Of a stretch of DNA of 64,000 nucleotides, positions 25,565-38,035 are shown piece after piece. Source of the stretch: Squalus acanthias. Lineage: Eukaryota. Location: the NCBI GenBank assembly GCA_030390025.1, contig CM059449.1, forward strand, positions 13,516,001-13,580,000, written 5' to 3'. Positions within the stretch are counted from its first letter, which is position 1; the number at the start of each line of letters is the position of its first letter. The notes beneath the pieces were generated by a model. That model searched no databases. It saw only the letters and a list, made by a program, of their open reading frames with translations, and was not told the DNA's origin. The position numbers and the translations under genes are program-made.

Positions 25565-28500
25565 ATCATAGAATAGAATCATAGAATGACACAGCACAGA
25601 AGGAGGCCATTCGGCCCGTCATGCCTGTGCCGGCTCTTTGAAAGCGCTGTCCAGTTAGACCCACTCTCTGCTCTTTCCCCACAGCTCTGTAATTTTTTCC
25701 TTTCAAGTATTTAACAAATTCCCTTTTGAATGTTACTATTGAATCTGCTTCCACCACCCTTTTCAGACAGTGCATTCCACATCGTAGCAACTCACTGTGT
25801 AAAAATATGTTTCCTCATCACCCCTCTGGTTCTTTTGCCAATCATCTTAACTCTGTGTCCTCTGTTTACAGACCCTTCTGCCAGTAGAAACAGTTTCTCC
25901 TTAATTACACTATCAAAATGAAGATGGTTGTGGTTGTTGGAGGCCAATCATCTCAGCCCCAGGACATCGCTGCAGGAGTTCCTCAGTGAAGTGTCCTAGG
26001 CCCAACCATCTTCAGCTCCTTCATCAATGACCTTCCCTCCAACACAAGGTCAGAAATGGGGATGTTTGCTGATGACTGCACAGTGTTCAGTTCCATTCAC
26101 AGCTCCTCCGATAATGAAGCAGTCGGTGCCCGCATGCAACAAGACCTGGAAAACAACCAGGCTCAGGCTGATGAGTGCCAGGTAATATTTGCATCACACA
26201 AGTGCCAAACCACCTCCCCATGACATTCAATGTCATTACCATCATCAAAACCCCTCCATCAACAACATGGGGGTCACCATTGACCAGAAACTTAGTCATA
26301 GAGTTATACAGCACAGAAAGAGGCCCTTCAGCCCATCGTCTCTGTGCCGGCCATCAAGCCCTGTCTATTCTAATCCCATTTTCCAGCACTTGGTCCGTAG
26401 CCTTGTGTGCTATGGCGTTTCAAGTGCTCATCTAAATGCTACTTGAATGTTGTGAGGGTTCCTGCCTCTACCACCCTTTCAGGCAGTGAGTTCCAGATTC
26501 CGACCACCCTCTGGGTGAAAAAGTTTTTCCTCAAATCCCCTCTAAACCTCCTGCCCCTTACATTGAAACTATGCCCCCTGGTTATTGACCCCTCTACTAA
26601 GGGGAAAAGTTCCTTTCTATCTACCCTATCTATGCCCCTCATAATTTTGTACACCTCAATCAGGTCCCCCCTCAGCCTTCTCTGCTCCAAGGAAAACAAC
26701 CCCAGCCTGTCCAGTCTCTCTTCATAGCTGAAGCGCTGCAGCCCAGGTAACATCCTGGTGAATCTCCTCCGCACCCTCTCCAATGCAATCACATCCTTCC
26801 TATAGTGTGGCGACCAGAACGGCACACAGTATTCCAGCTGTGGCCTAACTAGCATTTTGTACAGCTCCATCATAACCTCCCTGCTCTTATATTCTATGCC
26901 TCAGCTAATGAAGGCAAGTATCCCATATGCCTTCTTAACCACCTTATCTACCTGTCCTGCTGCCTTCAGGGATCAATGTACATGCACACCAAGGTCCCTC
27001 TGATCCTCTGTCCTTCCTAGGGTCCTACCATTCATTGTGTATTCCCTTGCCTTGTTAGTCCTCCCAAAATGCATCACCTCACACTTTTCAGGGTTAAATT
27101 CTATTTGCCACTGTTCTGTCCATCTGACTAACCCATCTATATCGTCCTGTAGCCTGAGGCTTCCCTCCTCGCTATTTACCACCCCACCAATTTTTGTGTC
27201 ATCTGTGAACTTAATGATCATACCTCCTGCATTCATATCTAAATCATTAATGTACACTACAAACAGCAAAGGACCCAGCACCGATCCCTGCGGTACACCA
27301 CTGGACACAGGCTTCCAGTCACAAAAACAACCTTCGCCCATCACCCTCTGCCTCCTGCCACTAAGCCAATTTTGGATCCAATGTGCCAAGTTGCCCTGGA
27401 TCCCATGGGCTTTTACCTTCTTGACCAGTCTCCCATGCGGGACTTTGTCAAAAGCCTTACTGAAGTCCATGTAGACCACATCAACTGCACTACCCTCATC
27501 CACACACCTAGTCACCCCCTCTCAAAATTCAATCAAATTGGTCAGACATGATCTCCCCCTGACAAAGCCATGCTGACTATCCTTGATTAATCCTTGCCTC
27601 TCCAAGTGGAGACTAATTCTGTCCCTCAGAATTTTTTGCAATAATTTCCCTGCCACTGATGTTAGGCTTAACTGGACCAGCCACGTAAATACTGTGGCTA
27701 CAAGAGCAGGTCAGAGGCTGAGTATTCTGTGGCAAGTGTCTAACCTCCTGACTCCCCTAAGCCTTTCCACCACCTACAAGGCACAAGTCAGGAGTGTGAT
27801 GGAATACTCTCCACTTGCCTGGATGAGTGCAGCTCCAACAACACTCAAGAAGCTCAACACCCTCCAGGACAAAGCAGGCTGCTTGATCGGCACCCCATCC
27901 ACCACCTTAAACATTCACTCCCTCCACCACCGGCATACCGTGGCTGCAGTGTGTACCATCTACAAGATGCACTGCAGCAACTGAGCAAGGCTTCTTCGAC
28001 TGCACCTCCCAAATCCGCGACCTCTTCCAACTAGAAGGACAAGGACAGCAGGCACATGGGAACACCACCATCTCCAAATTACCCATCATTCTGACTCAGA
28101 AATATATCACGGTTCTTTCATTGTCGCTGGGTCATAAACATGGAACTGCCTACCTAACAGTACTGTGGGAGTACCTTCACCACACGGACTGCAGCTGTTC
28201 AAGAAGGCAGCTCACCACCACCTTCTCAAGGACAATTAGGATGGGCATTAAATGCTGGCCTTGCCAGCAACGCCCACATCCTGAGAATGAATAAATAACA
28301 AAAATTTAAAATGATTTTGAGCACCTCTATCAAATCTCCTCTTAACCTTCCTTGCTCTAAGGAGAACGACCCCAGCTCCTCCAGTCTCTCCACATAACTG
28401 AAGTCGCTCATCTCCTGTACCATTCTAGTAAATCTTTTCTGCACCCTCTCCAAGGTCTTGACATGCTTCCTAAAGTGTGGTGCCCAGAATTGAACACAAT

Positions 28501-29395
28501 ACTCCAGCTGAGGCCTAACCAGTGTTTTATAAAGGTTTAGCATAACTTCCTTGCTTTTGTACTCTATTCCTCTATTAATAAAGCCTTTTTTAATTACTTT
28601 TTTAACAGCCTCCTCAACTTGTCCTGCCACCTTCAAAGATATTTGTACTTACATCCCCAGTTTTTTCTGCTCATTCACCCCCTTTAAAATTGTACCATTT
28701 AGTTTATATTGCCTCTCCTCGTTCTTCCTACCAAAATGTATCACTTCACACTTCTCTGTGTTAAATTTCATCTACCATGTGTCTGCCCATTTCACCAGTC
28801 TAACTTTGTCTTGCTGAAGTCTGTTACTATCCTGCCTTACTGTTTACTACATTTCCAAGTTTCGTCTTAACTGCAAACTTTGAAATGATGCCCTGTACTC
28901 CCAAGTCCAGGCCATTTATAAATATATATCAATAATTGCAGTGGTCCTAACACCGACCCTGGGGGACACCACTGTACACTTCCCTCCAGTCTGAAAAAAC
29001 AACCGTTCACCATTGCTCTCTGCTTTCTGTCCCTCAGCCAATTTCGTAGCCACATTGCCACTGTCCCTTTAATCCCTTGGGGTTTAATTTTGTCAATTGT
29101 GCGGTACTTTGTCAAATGCCTTTTGGAAGTCCATATACACGACATCAATCGCACTGCCCTCATCAACCCTCTCTGTTACTTTATCAAAGAAGTCAATTAA
29201 ATTAATCAAACACGAATTGCCTTTAACAAATCCGTGCTGACTTTCATTTACTAGCCCATACTTTTCCAAATAACAATTAATTTTGTCCAGGATTATTGTC
29301 TCTCAAAGTTTCCTCGCCACTGATGTTAGATTGACTGGCCTATAGTTTCTGGGTTTATCCCTCTCCCCTTTTTTAAACAGGGTGTGACATTTGCA
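25565..29395. mobile_element. Nested LINE cluster (CR1 minus 25565-25920, 26296-27665, 28310-29395; second family plus 25920-26295 and 27668-28300)
   Basis: RT and C-terminal motifs on both strands; the second-family copy resumes across the CR1 insertion. Confidence 0.82.
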
Positions 29396-29646
29396 GTATT
29401 GACATAAGAAAGCTAACAGAATAACTCAATTGGAAATAATGCTCAATATCACCTAATTGACAAATTATGATGTCTAACTTGTCCCTTCCCTATTTCTTAT
29501 CGCTACGAGTAACACTTGTGTCTAAGAATACTTTTTATGCATGACACCAACTCTTACTCCTGACACGGTGATATCTCAGTGACAGAAAGTTGAGGTTTAT
29601 GCCGGTGACTACTGATGGAGCCCTCGAATAATGAGGTGGCACTCAC

Positions 29647-29690
29647 TTCAATGATGAAAATGCAGTTGCAGCACTTGCTTCTCGTCTCAT
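29647..29690 (-). pseudogene. Putative decayed leader exon of the minus-strand paralogue
   Basis: gacATG AGA..., 44 nt, then a perfect GTGAGT donor. Nearly the same size (44 vs 43 nt) and the same MR start as the intact leader, but the hydrophobic core is degraded. Confidence 0.3.
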
Positions 29691-30534
29691 GTCGTTTGCA
29701 AGTCCAATTTCTACGGCAGGAAAACAATGCAGGTCCTGTTACTGGTGCGCGGTCCTCCCCACCACCACATTTCTATCTCTGTGCTGCGCTCCGGAGATGA
29801 TTTACACCGAGGTGGTAATGGTGAAAGTCTACCCCCACCTGTTTTCAGACCGTTTTTGCAGTATTGCCGGGGGGGGGGGGGGGGGGGGGGGGTGGGAGAG
29901 CAAAATAGATGGCGGCGCTTCCCACCAGAATTACCTGCAGACAAACCCCGCCAGTCCCCATTGAATCTTGACTTAAGATGCCCCGCCTCGTGCACATGAG
30001 GACGAGTGGTCATGAATAACGCCGCCCAGCAATGTTCCCAGTTGGAACCTTAACCCGAAATCTTAGCCCATCGCTATTACAAAGTGGTAATATGGGAGAA
30101 CGGCGGTACCCTTGAGGCAGATACGACACTTTCCTTATGTAGCTGAATCTTGGCACCTCTTGGTATGGACGCTGATTTTTGGCTGTTTGGGTCCCGGGTC
30201 GATTTCTGAAGCCTTCTGCTGTCGTTTCTAGCAGTTATGAGGGAAATGTAATTTTCTGGCCAGGGCAAATGCAATTCCCCAATGTGGATCTCTCTCTTCC
30301 TGCGTTACAGAAGAGAAGAGGATGAGGAAGTGGGAGAGGCTAGATCAGAAGAACTTAGCGTGAGGCACCAGGGAAGAGGCCTGGTTCCACAAAAGTCAAT
30401 ACTTACTTTACAAGATTTACAGACACGAGGATAGAAAATCGTCTTAGCAAAGCAGGTGTTATCAAATCGTCCGCCTCTTATACACTCCACCCGAAATTCA
30501 ATTCCATTGACTTCAATGGAACGGGAATCTTTAA

Positions 30535-32172
30535 TTTTTGTTATTCGATCACGGGATGTGGGCGTCGCTGGCAAGGCCGGCATTTATTGCCCATCCCTAA
30601 TTGCCCTTGAGAAGGTGGTGGTGAGCCGCCTTCTTGAACCGCTGCAGTCCGTGCGGTGAAGGTACTCCCACAGTGCTGTTAGGGAGGGAGTTCCAGGATT
30701 TTGACCCAGTGACGATGAAGGAACGGCGATATATTTCCAAGGCAGGATGGTGTGTGACTTGGAGGGGAACTTGGAGGTGGTGGTGTTCCCCTGCGCCTGT
30801 CTTTCTAGGTGGAAAAGGTCACGGATTTGGGCGGTGCTGCCGAAGAAGCCTTGGCGAGTTGCTGCAGTGCATCTTGTAGATGGTACACACTGCAGCCACG
30901 GTACGCTGGTGGTGGAGGGATTGAATGTTTAAGGTGGTGGATGGGGTGCCAATCAAACGGGCTGATTTGTCCTGGATGGTGTCGAGCTTCTTGAGTGTTA
31001 TTGGAGCTGCACTCATCCAGGCAAGTGGAGAGTATTCCATCACACTCCTGACTTGTGACTTGTAGATGGTGGAAAGGCTTTGGGGAGTCAGGAGATGAGA
31101 CACTCGCCACAGAATACCCAGCCTCTGACCTGCTCTTGTTGCCACAGTATTTATGTGGCAGGTCCAGTTAAGTTTCTAATTAATGGTGAGCCCCAGGATG
31201 TTGATGGTGGGGGATACAGTGATAGTAATGCCATTGAATGTCAAGGGGCAGTGGTTAGACTCTCTCTTGTTGGAGATGGTCATTGCCTAGCACTTGTGTG
31301 GCACAAATGTTACCTGCCACTTATTAGCCCAAGCCTGAATGTCATCCGGGTCTTGCTGCATGTAGGCATGGACTGCTTCATTATCTGAGGAGTTGCGAAT
31401 GGAACTGAACACTGTGCAATCATCAGCGAACATCCCCATTTCTGACCTTACGATGGAGGGAAGGTCATAGAGTCACAGAATCATAGAGTCATAACGGCAC
31501 AGAACGAGGCCATTCGGCCCATCGAGTCCGTGCCGGCTCTATGTAGAGTAATCCTGTCAGTACTATTCCCCCACTCTATCCCTGTAGCCCTGCAAGTTTA
31601 TTTCCCTCAAGTGCCTATCCAGTCTCCCCTTGAAAACATTGAGTGTCTCCTCTTCCACCACTTCCGTCAGCAGCGAGTTCCAGGGCCTCACCACCCGCTG
31701 TGTAAAAAAGTTTTTCCTCACATCCCCCCTGTATCTCTTGCCCAAAACCTTAAATCTGTGCCCCCCTAGTCCTTGTACCATCAACTAGTGGGAACAGCCT
31801 TTCCCCACCTAGCCTATCCAAACCCGTCATAATCTTGTACATTTCTATCAAATCACCGCTCAACCTCCTTTGCTCTAATGAAAACAAATCCAGCTTCTCC
31901 AACCTGTCCTTGCAGCTAAGAACCCCCATCCCCGGAACCATTCTGGTAAATCTCCTCTGCACCCTCTCAAGGGCCTTCACATCCTTCCTAAAGTGTGGTG
32001 ACCAGAACTGGACGCAATACTCTAGTTGTGACCTAACCAGCGCTTTATAAAGTTTCAGCATAACTTCTCTACTTTTGTGCTCAATACCTCTATTTATGAA
32101 GCCCGTTGGTCATTGATGAAGCAGCTGAAGATGGTTGGGCCTAGGACACTGCCCTGAGGAACTCCTGCAGCG
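30535..32172 (-). mobile_element. Second-family LINE with a nested CR1 (31465-32105)
   Basis: ORF fragments 30819-31145 and 31563-32061. Confidence 0.8.
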
Positions 32173-32540
32173 ATGGGCGGAGTGGAGAACGGGTGGCGGT
32201 TTCGATAATGCTATCGTCTAAGAAGAGTTTCTACCCTATAGACTCTTACTTCAATTATCTGTAGCAATGCTTCGTAAGAATGTACTTCCACTTGAAGGTT
32301 ATTGCAGAGTTGCGCCAGCTGATGGTTGCAGACCTGTAACCCAATTAAACGAGGAGCACAGCATCTCCTCAATCAGTGAATATGACCAATATCTTGATTT
32401 TATTTTTTTGCCACTGGACCCTTGTCACATTAATCAGGCAGCAGCTCGCCATTGTATAAAGAAAGTCACTGATGTTATTTTCGGGTGGGCCTCGCATTTT
32501 GGAGCCTGCTCAGATCAACCTACAAAACAAAATGTTCTGT

Positions 32541-35500
32541 AGGAGCGGCTACAGAACATTTTGGAGGGGGAGGGCGAACAGCCAGCTGTCGTGGTGCACA
32601 TAGGCACCAACGATATAGGTAAAAAAGGGGATGAGGTCCTAAAAGCAGAATATAGGGAGTTAGGAGGTAAATTAAAAAATAGGACCTCAAAGGTAGTAAT
32701 CTCAGGATTGCTACCAGTGCCACGTGCTAGTCAGAGTAGAAATAGGAGGATATTTCAAATGAATACGTGGCTAGAGGAATGGTGCAAGGGGGAGGGATTC
32801 AAATTCCTGGGACATTGGAACCGGTTCTGGGGGAGGTGGGACCAGTACAAACCGGACGGTCTGCACCTGGGCAGGGCCGGGACCGCTGTCCTAGGGGGAG
32901 TGTTTGCTAGTGCTGTTGGGGAGGATTTAAACTAATGTGGCAGGGGGTTGGGAACCTGAGCAGGGAGACAGAGGAAAGCATGTCAGGAAGGGACAGAAGG
33001 TATGGAGTAAAAGGTAAAGTGTTAAATAAGGAAAAAGCAGGAAGTAAGTGTCGCAAAACACATTTGAAAGTTCTTTATCTGAATGCACGTAGCATTCGTA
33101 ACAAAATTGACGAGTTAACGGCACAAATAACTATGTATGGGTATGATCTTGTGGCCATTACAGAAACATGGCTGCAGGGTGACAACGTCTGGGAATTAAA
33201 TATGCCAGGGTATTTAACAATCAGGAAGGACAGGCAGGAAGGAAGGGGAGGGGGGTGGCTATGTTAATAAAGGAAGGAATCACTGCAATACAGAGAAATG
33301 ATATTGGGTCAAAAGATCAGGATAATGAAACAGTTTGGGTAGAGATTAGGAATAATAAGGGGAAAAAAACACTGGTGGGCGAAGTATATAGGCCTCCTAA
33401 TAGTTGCAACTCTGTTAGAAGAAGTATTAATCAGGAAATAGTTGGGGCATGTAATAAGGGAACAGCTATAATTATGGGGGATTTTAACTATCATATTAAC
33501 TGGACAAATCAAATTGGGCAGGGCAGCCTTGAGGAAGAGTTTATTGAGTGTCTTAGGGATGGATTTCTTGAGCAGTATGTAACTGATCCTACAAGTGGGC
33601 AAGCAACCTTGGACCTGGTACTGTGTAATGAGTCTGGATTAATTAATAATGTCCTAGTTAAGGATCCCCTTGGAATGAGTGACCATAACATGGTTGAATT
33701 CCATATCCAATTAGAGGGTGAGAAGGTTGGTTCTCAAACAAGCATACTGAGCTTGAATAAAGGAGACTATGATGGCATGAGAGCAGAATTGATTAAAGTG
33801 GACTGGGAAAATAGATTAAAGGGTAAGACGGTACATGAGCAGTGGTGTTCATTCAAGGAGTTATTTTACAACTTTCAAAATAAATATATTCCACTGAGGA
33901 AAAAAGGGTGTAAAAGAAATGACAGCCATCCATGGCTAAGTAAAGAAATTAAAGAAAGTATCCAACTAAAAACAAGGACATATAAGGTAGCCAAAGTTAG
34001 TGGGAGGATAGAAGATTGGGAAGTCTTCAAAAGACAGCAAAAAGTAACTAAAGGATTGATTAAGAAAGGGAAAATAGACTATGAAAATAAATTAGCAAAA
34101 AATATAAAAACAGATAGCAAGAGTTTCTATAGTTATATAAAAAGAAAAAGGGTGGTTAAGGCAAACGTAGGTCCCTTAGAGGATGAGACCGGGAAATTAA
34201 TGGTGGGAAACATGGAGATGGCAAAAATGCTGAACAAATATTTTGTTTCAGTCTTTACGGTAGAGGACACTAAGAATATCCCAACACTGGACAAACAGGG
34301 GGCTCTAGTGGGGGAGGAGCTAAATACGATTAAAATTACTAAGGAATTGGTACTCAGTAAAATAATGGGACTCAAGCGGATAAATCCCCTGGACCTGATG
34401 GCTTACATCCTAGGGTCTTGAGGGAAGTGGCAGTAGGAATTGTGGATGCTTTGGTAATAATTTTCCAAAACTCCCTGAACTCAGCAAAGGTCCCGGCAGA
34501 TTGGAAAACTGCTAATGTAACACCCTTATTTAAAAAGGGTTGTAGGCAGAAGGCTGGAAATTATAGACCAGTTAGCCTAACATCTGTGGTGGGTAAAATT
34601 TTGGAGTCTATTATTAAGGAGACAGTAACGGAACATTTAGATAAACATAATTTAATAGGACAAAGTCAGCATGGCTTTATGAAGGGGAAGTCATGTCTGA
34701 CAAATTTGCTCGAGTTCTTTGAGGACATAACGTACAGGGTGGATAAAGGGGAACCAGTGGATGTAGTGTATTTAGACTTCCAGAAGGCATTCGACAAGGT
34801 GCCACATAAAAGATTATTACTCAAGATAAAAAATCACTGGATTGGGGTAATATTCTGGCATGGGTGGAGGATTGGTTATCTAACAGGAAGCAGAGAGTTG
34901 GGATAAATGGTTCATTCTCGGACTGGCAACCAGTAGCCAGTGGTGTTCCGCAGGGGTCGGTGCTGGGTCCCCAACTCTTTACAATCTATATTAACGATTT
35001 GGAGGAGGGGGACCGAGTGTAACATATCAAAGTTTGCAGATGATACAAAGATGGGAGGGAAAGTAGAGAGTGAGGAGGACATAAAAAACCTACAAGGGGA
35101 TATAGACAGGCTGGGTGAGTGGGCAGAGATTTGGCAGATGCAATACAATATTGGAAAATGTGAGGTTATGCACTTTGGCAGGAAAAATCAGAGAGCAAGT
35201 TATTATCTTAATGGCGAGAAACTGGAAAGTACTGCAGTACAAAGGGATCTGGGGGTCTTGGTGCAAGAAAATCAAAAAGTTAGTATGCAGGTGCAGCAGG
35301 TGATCAAGAAAGCCAATGGAATGTTGGCTTTTATTGCTAGGGGGATAGAATATAAAAACAGGGAGGTATTGCTGCAGTTGTATAGGGTATTGGTGAGACC
35401 GCACCTGGAGTACTGCATACAGTTTTGGTGTCCATACTTAAGAAAATACATACTTGCTCTCGAGGCAGTACAAAGAAGGTTCACTCGGTTAATTCCGGGG

Positions 35501-36066
35501 ATGAGGGGGTGGACATACGAGGAGAGGTTGAGTAGATTGGGACTCTACTCATTGGAGTTCAGAAGAATGAGAGGCGATCTTATTGAAACATATAAGATTG
35601 TGAAGGGGCTTGATCGGGTGGACGCGGTGAGGATGTTCCCAATGATGGGTGAAACTAGAACTAGGGGACATAATCTTAGAATAAGGGGCTCCTCTTTCAA
35701 AACTGAGATGAGGAGAAACTTTTTCACTCAGAGGGTAGTGGGTCTGTGGAATTTGCTACCCCAGGAAGCTGTGGAAGCTACTTCATTAAATAAATTTAAA
35801 ACAGAAATAGACCGTTTCCTAGAAGTAAAGGGAATCAGGGGTTACGGGGAGCGGGCTGGAAATTGGACATGAGTTTGAGTTCGGATCGGTCAAGGCCCTG
35901 TGGGTGGCGGAGCGGGCCCAGGGGCCGAGTGGCCTGGTCCTGCTCCTGCTTCTTGTGTTCTTTAGAGTTGAGGTTGGATCAGATCAGCCATGATCTCATT
36001 GAATGGCGGAGCAGGCTCGAGGGGCCGATTGGTCTACTCCTGCTCCTATTTCTTATGTTCTTATGT
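32541..36066 (+). mobile_element. Relatively young CR1 LINE (ORF1 esterase + ORF2) inserted in the Harbinger transposase
   Basis: VVVHIGTNDIG and DGLHL motifs; long APE/RT ORFs 32935-35872 broken by a few frameshifts; double 3' tail. Confidence 0.92.
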
Positions 36067-36517
36067 TAAACGGAGCAAGCGGTCCAATTCAATATACAGG
36101 TAGGGTGCTCGCAAGGGCAGGGAGAAATTGAATGGAACAGATGTGACCATGAAATCCTCATATCATAACTCCCTCAATTATATTAATAGGAAATGGTTTT
36201 ATTCCATCAACTTCCAGCTCATATGTGATACCCATTACCTGAGCCTGCATTTAATACCCGCTGCCCAGGAAACTCTCATGTCACTTACATCAAGAAGTAA
36301 TCCACAACGTTGCCTTCTGTTGCCTGGGCCCTAAGCTCTGGAATTCCCTGCCTAAACCTCTCTGCCTCGCTACCTCTCTTTCCTCCTTTAAGACGCTCCT
36401 TAAAACCTACCTCTTTGACCAAGTTTTTGGTCACCTGCCCTAATTTCTCCTATAATAAAAACAGAAAATGCTGGAAATACTCAGCAGGTCAGGCAGCATC
36501 TGTAGAGAGAGAAACAG

Positions 36518-36556
36518 AGTCAACATTTCAGGTCAATGACCCTTCGTCAGAACTGG
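36518..36556 (-). ncRNA. Second, slightly decayed hammerhead motif in a solo pLTR fragment (36452-36560) within an L2 tail
   Basis: AGTT-CTGACGA-AGGGTCATTGACCT-GAAA-TGTT-GACT. Confidence 0.55.
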
Positions 36557-36758
36557 AAAATGTTTCTCCTTATGTGGCTCGGTGTCACAATTTTTGTCTT
36601 ATAATACACCTGTGCAGCGCCTTGGGACATTTTACTATGCAAATGCAAATTGTTGCTGTTGGTCCCGATGACTGAAACCATATTTTAAGATGGTTGGCTG
36701 CTGATCGGATCCATGGGTCTACTAGAAGTGCAATAGAAGGGACAAATGATAATCTGAA

Positions 36759-37366
36759 ATAACAACAGAAAACGCTGGAAAAACTCAGCAGGCCAGGCAG
36801 CATCCGTGGAGAGAGAAAGAGAGTTAACGTTTCAGGTCGATGACCTTTCGTCAGAACTGTGAAGAGCCGGAAATCAAATAGATTTAAGGCCAGAGTAAAG
36901 CTGGGAAACGGGGGAGGGGATAAAAGAACAAAGGGGGAGATGAAGAGACATTAAGAGACATTAAGAGATATGCAAGGCTAGAGGTGGTGTTAATGTGACA
37001 GATTAAGGCTGAAAGAAGTGTGAAATCCACTGGCAGAATGAAGGACAGCTGCCAGCTTCTAGGAGGAAAAAAAAAAAGGTGGGGGGGGGGGCAAATAAAA
37101 GGGTGGAAAAAATAAAATATAAATGTGATTGGAGCTGAGGTTATGATCTAAAATTGTTGAACTCGATATTGAGTCCAGAGGGCTGTAGCGTGCCTAAACG
37201 AAAGATGAGGTGCTGTTCCTCGAGCTTACGCTGCGCTTCCGTGGAACAGTGTAATAGGCCGAGGACGGTGAGGTCAGAGTGGGAGTGAAGCGGTGAATTA
37301 AAGTGACAGGCCACCGGGAGCTCGGGGTCCCCCTTACGGACTGAACGGAGGTGTTCCGCAAAGCGG
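36759..37366 (-). mobile_element. Penelope-like element 3' fragment (GIY-YIG C-terminus + pLTR)
   Basis: RFAEHLRSV..PVACHFN..RKLEEQHLIFRLGTLQPSGLN; flanked by an AATGATAWTCTGAA duplication. Confidence 0.88.
36822..36858 (-). ncRNA. Minimal type I hammerhead ribozyme motif (Penelope pLTR)
   Basis: Minus strand reads AGTT-CTGACGA-A-AGGTC(ATC)GACCT-GAAA-CGTT-AACT: CUGANGA and GAAA core, stem II hairpin, stem I AGTT/AACT, palindromic AACGTT stem III. Confidence 0.72.
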
Positions 37367-38035
37367 AATGATATTCTGAAGTTCTGTTTTAAGTACCTGG
37401 GCAAATCTCACAGCGCCCTAACGTACAACCCAACAAGCAGGTCAGGAATGAAAGTACCTCTCTGTATAGTCTTGTAACACAGAAAGGATGACTACTTCCT
37501 GTAATTGAAGTGGGCACCATGGAGAGGAGCAGGAGGGCCTCAACCCCCACAGCAGGAGCAGGAGGAAGAACAGGTGGAAGAAGGCAAGCATCAGCGCGCA
37601 GCCAGAGAAAAGAGGCAGCAGTTTACTGTTGATTGACTTCAATTAAAAAATAATTGTACGTAAAAACAAAACTCCTTCTATCTTGGCTGATCATCTTTAC
37701 ATCCCCAACTGCCTCGTTGAGGAATGCCTTCCCAATATCTTGCCTCAATAACAGAAATATCGCATTCTAACATTTCATCTACTTAGTCCAATAAGTTGAA
37801 TACATCTTGGGCATGAACTCGGAAGGCTATGCCATCAGAACATTTCATATTCTAGTAACATTGGGTGTGAAATTGGTCTTAGGCACTCGCGCATAACGGG
37901 CAATAACGAATTAGGCAGCCTGTTTTGCACCTTGCCCAATTTTCTTTTCCATTGCAATGAATGAAAATAAATTTGGCCGGAGTGTAAAGCAGGCTTTCTT
38001 TTTGCTTTGCCGACTTTTTGCTACCAAGACCAATT

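Larger units (their letters stand above)
32210..37645 (+). mobile_element. Fragmented PIF/Harbinger DDE transposase fossil (pieces about 32210-32540, 36067-36305, 36660-36758, 37367-37645)
   Basis: Colinear HARBI1-like motifs with stops and frameshifts: QCFVRMYF..ELRQLMVADL, FATG, CHINQAAARHCIKKVTDVIF, GTDVT..YINRKWFYSINFQLICD..RCPGNSH, HGSTRSAIEGT, LKFCFKYL..LTYNP, and an acidic tail with AAREKRQQ. Confidence 0.8.

Noticed and set aside
29867-29892. Long G homopolymer / G-quadruplex
   Set aside because: A simple run inside decayed repeat sequence; its length is unreliable and there is no functional context.
33255-35872. Active LINE ORF2 or domesticated RT gene
   Set aside because: Broken by several frameshifts and 5'-truncated.
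32210-37645. Host HARBI1 gene with introns
   Set aside because: The interruptions are retroelements without splice sites, and the pieces contain stops, frameshifts and altered catalytic motifs.
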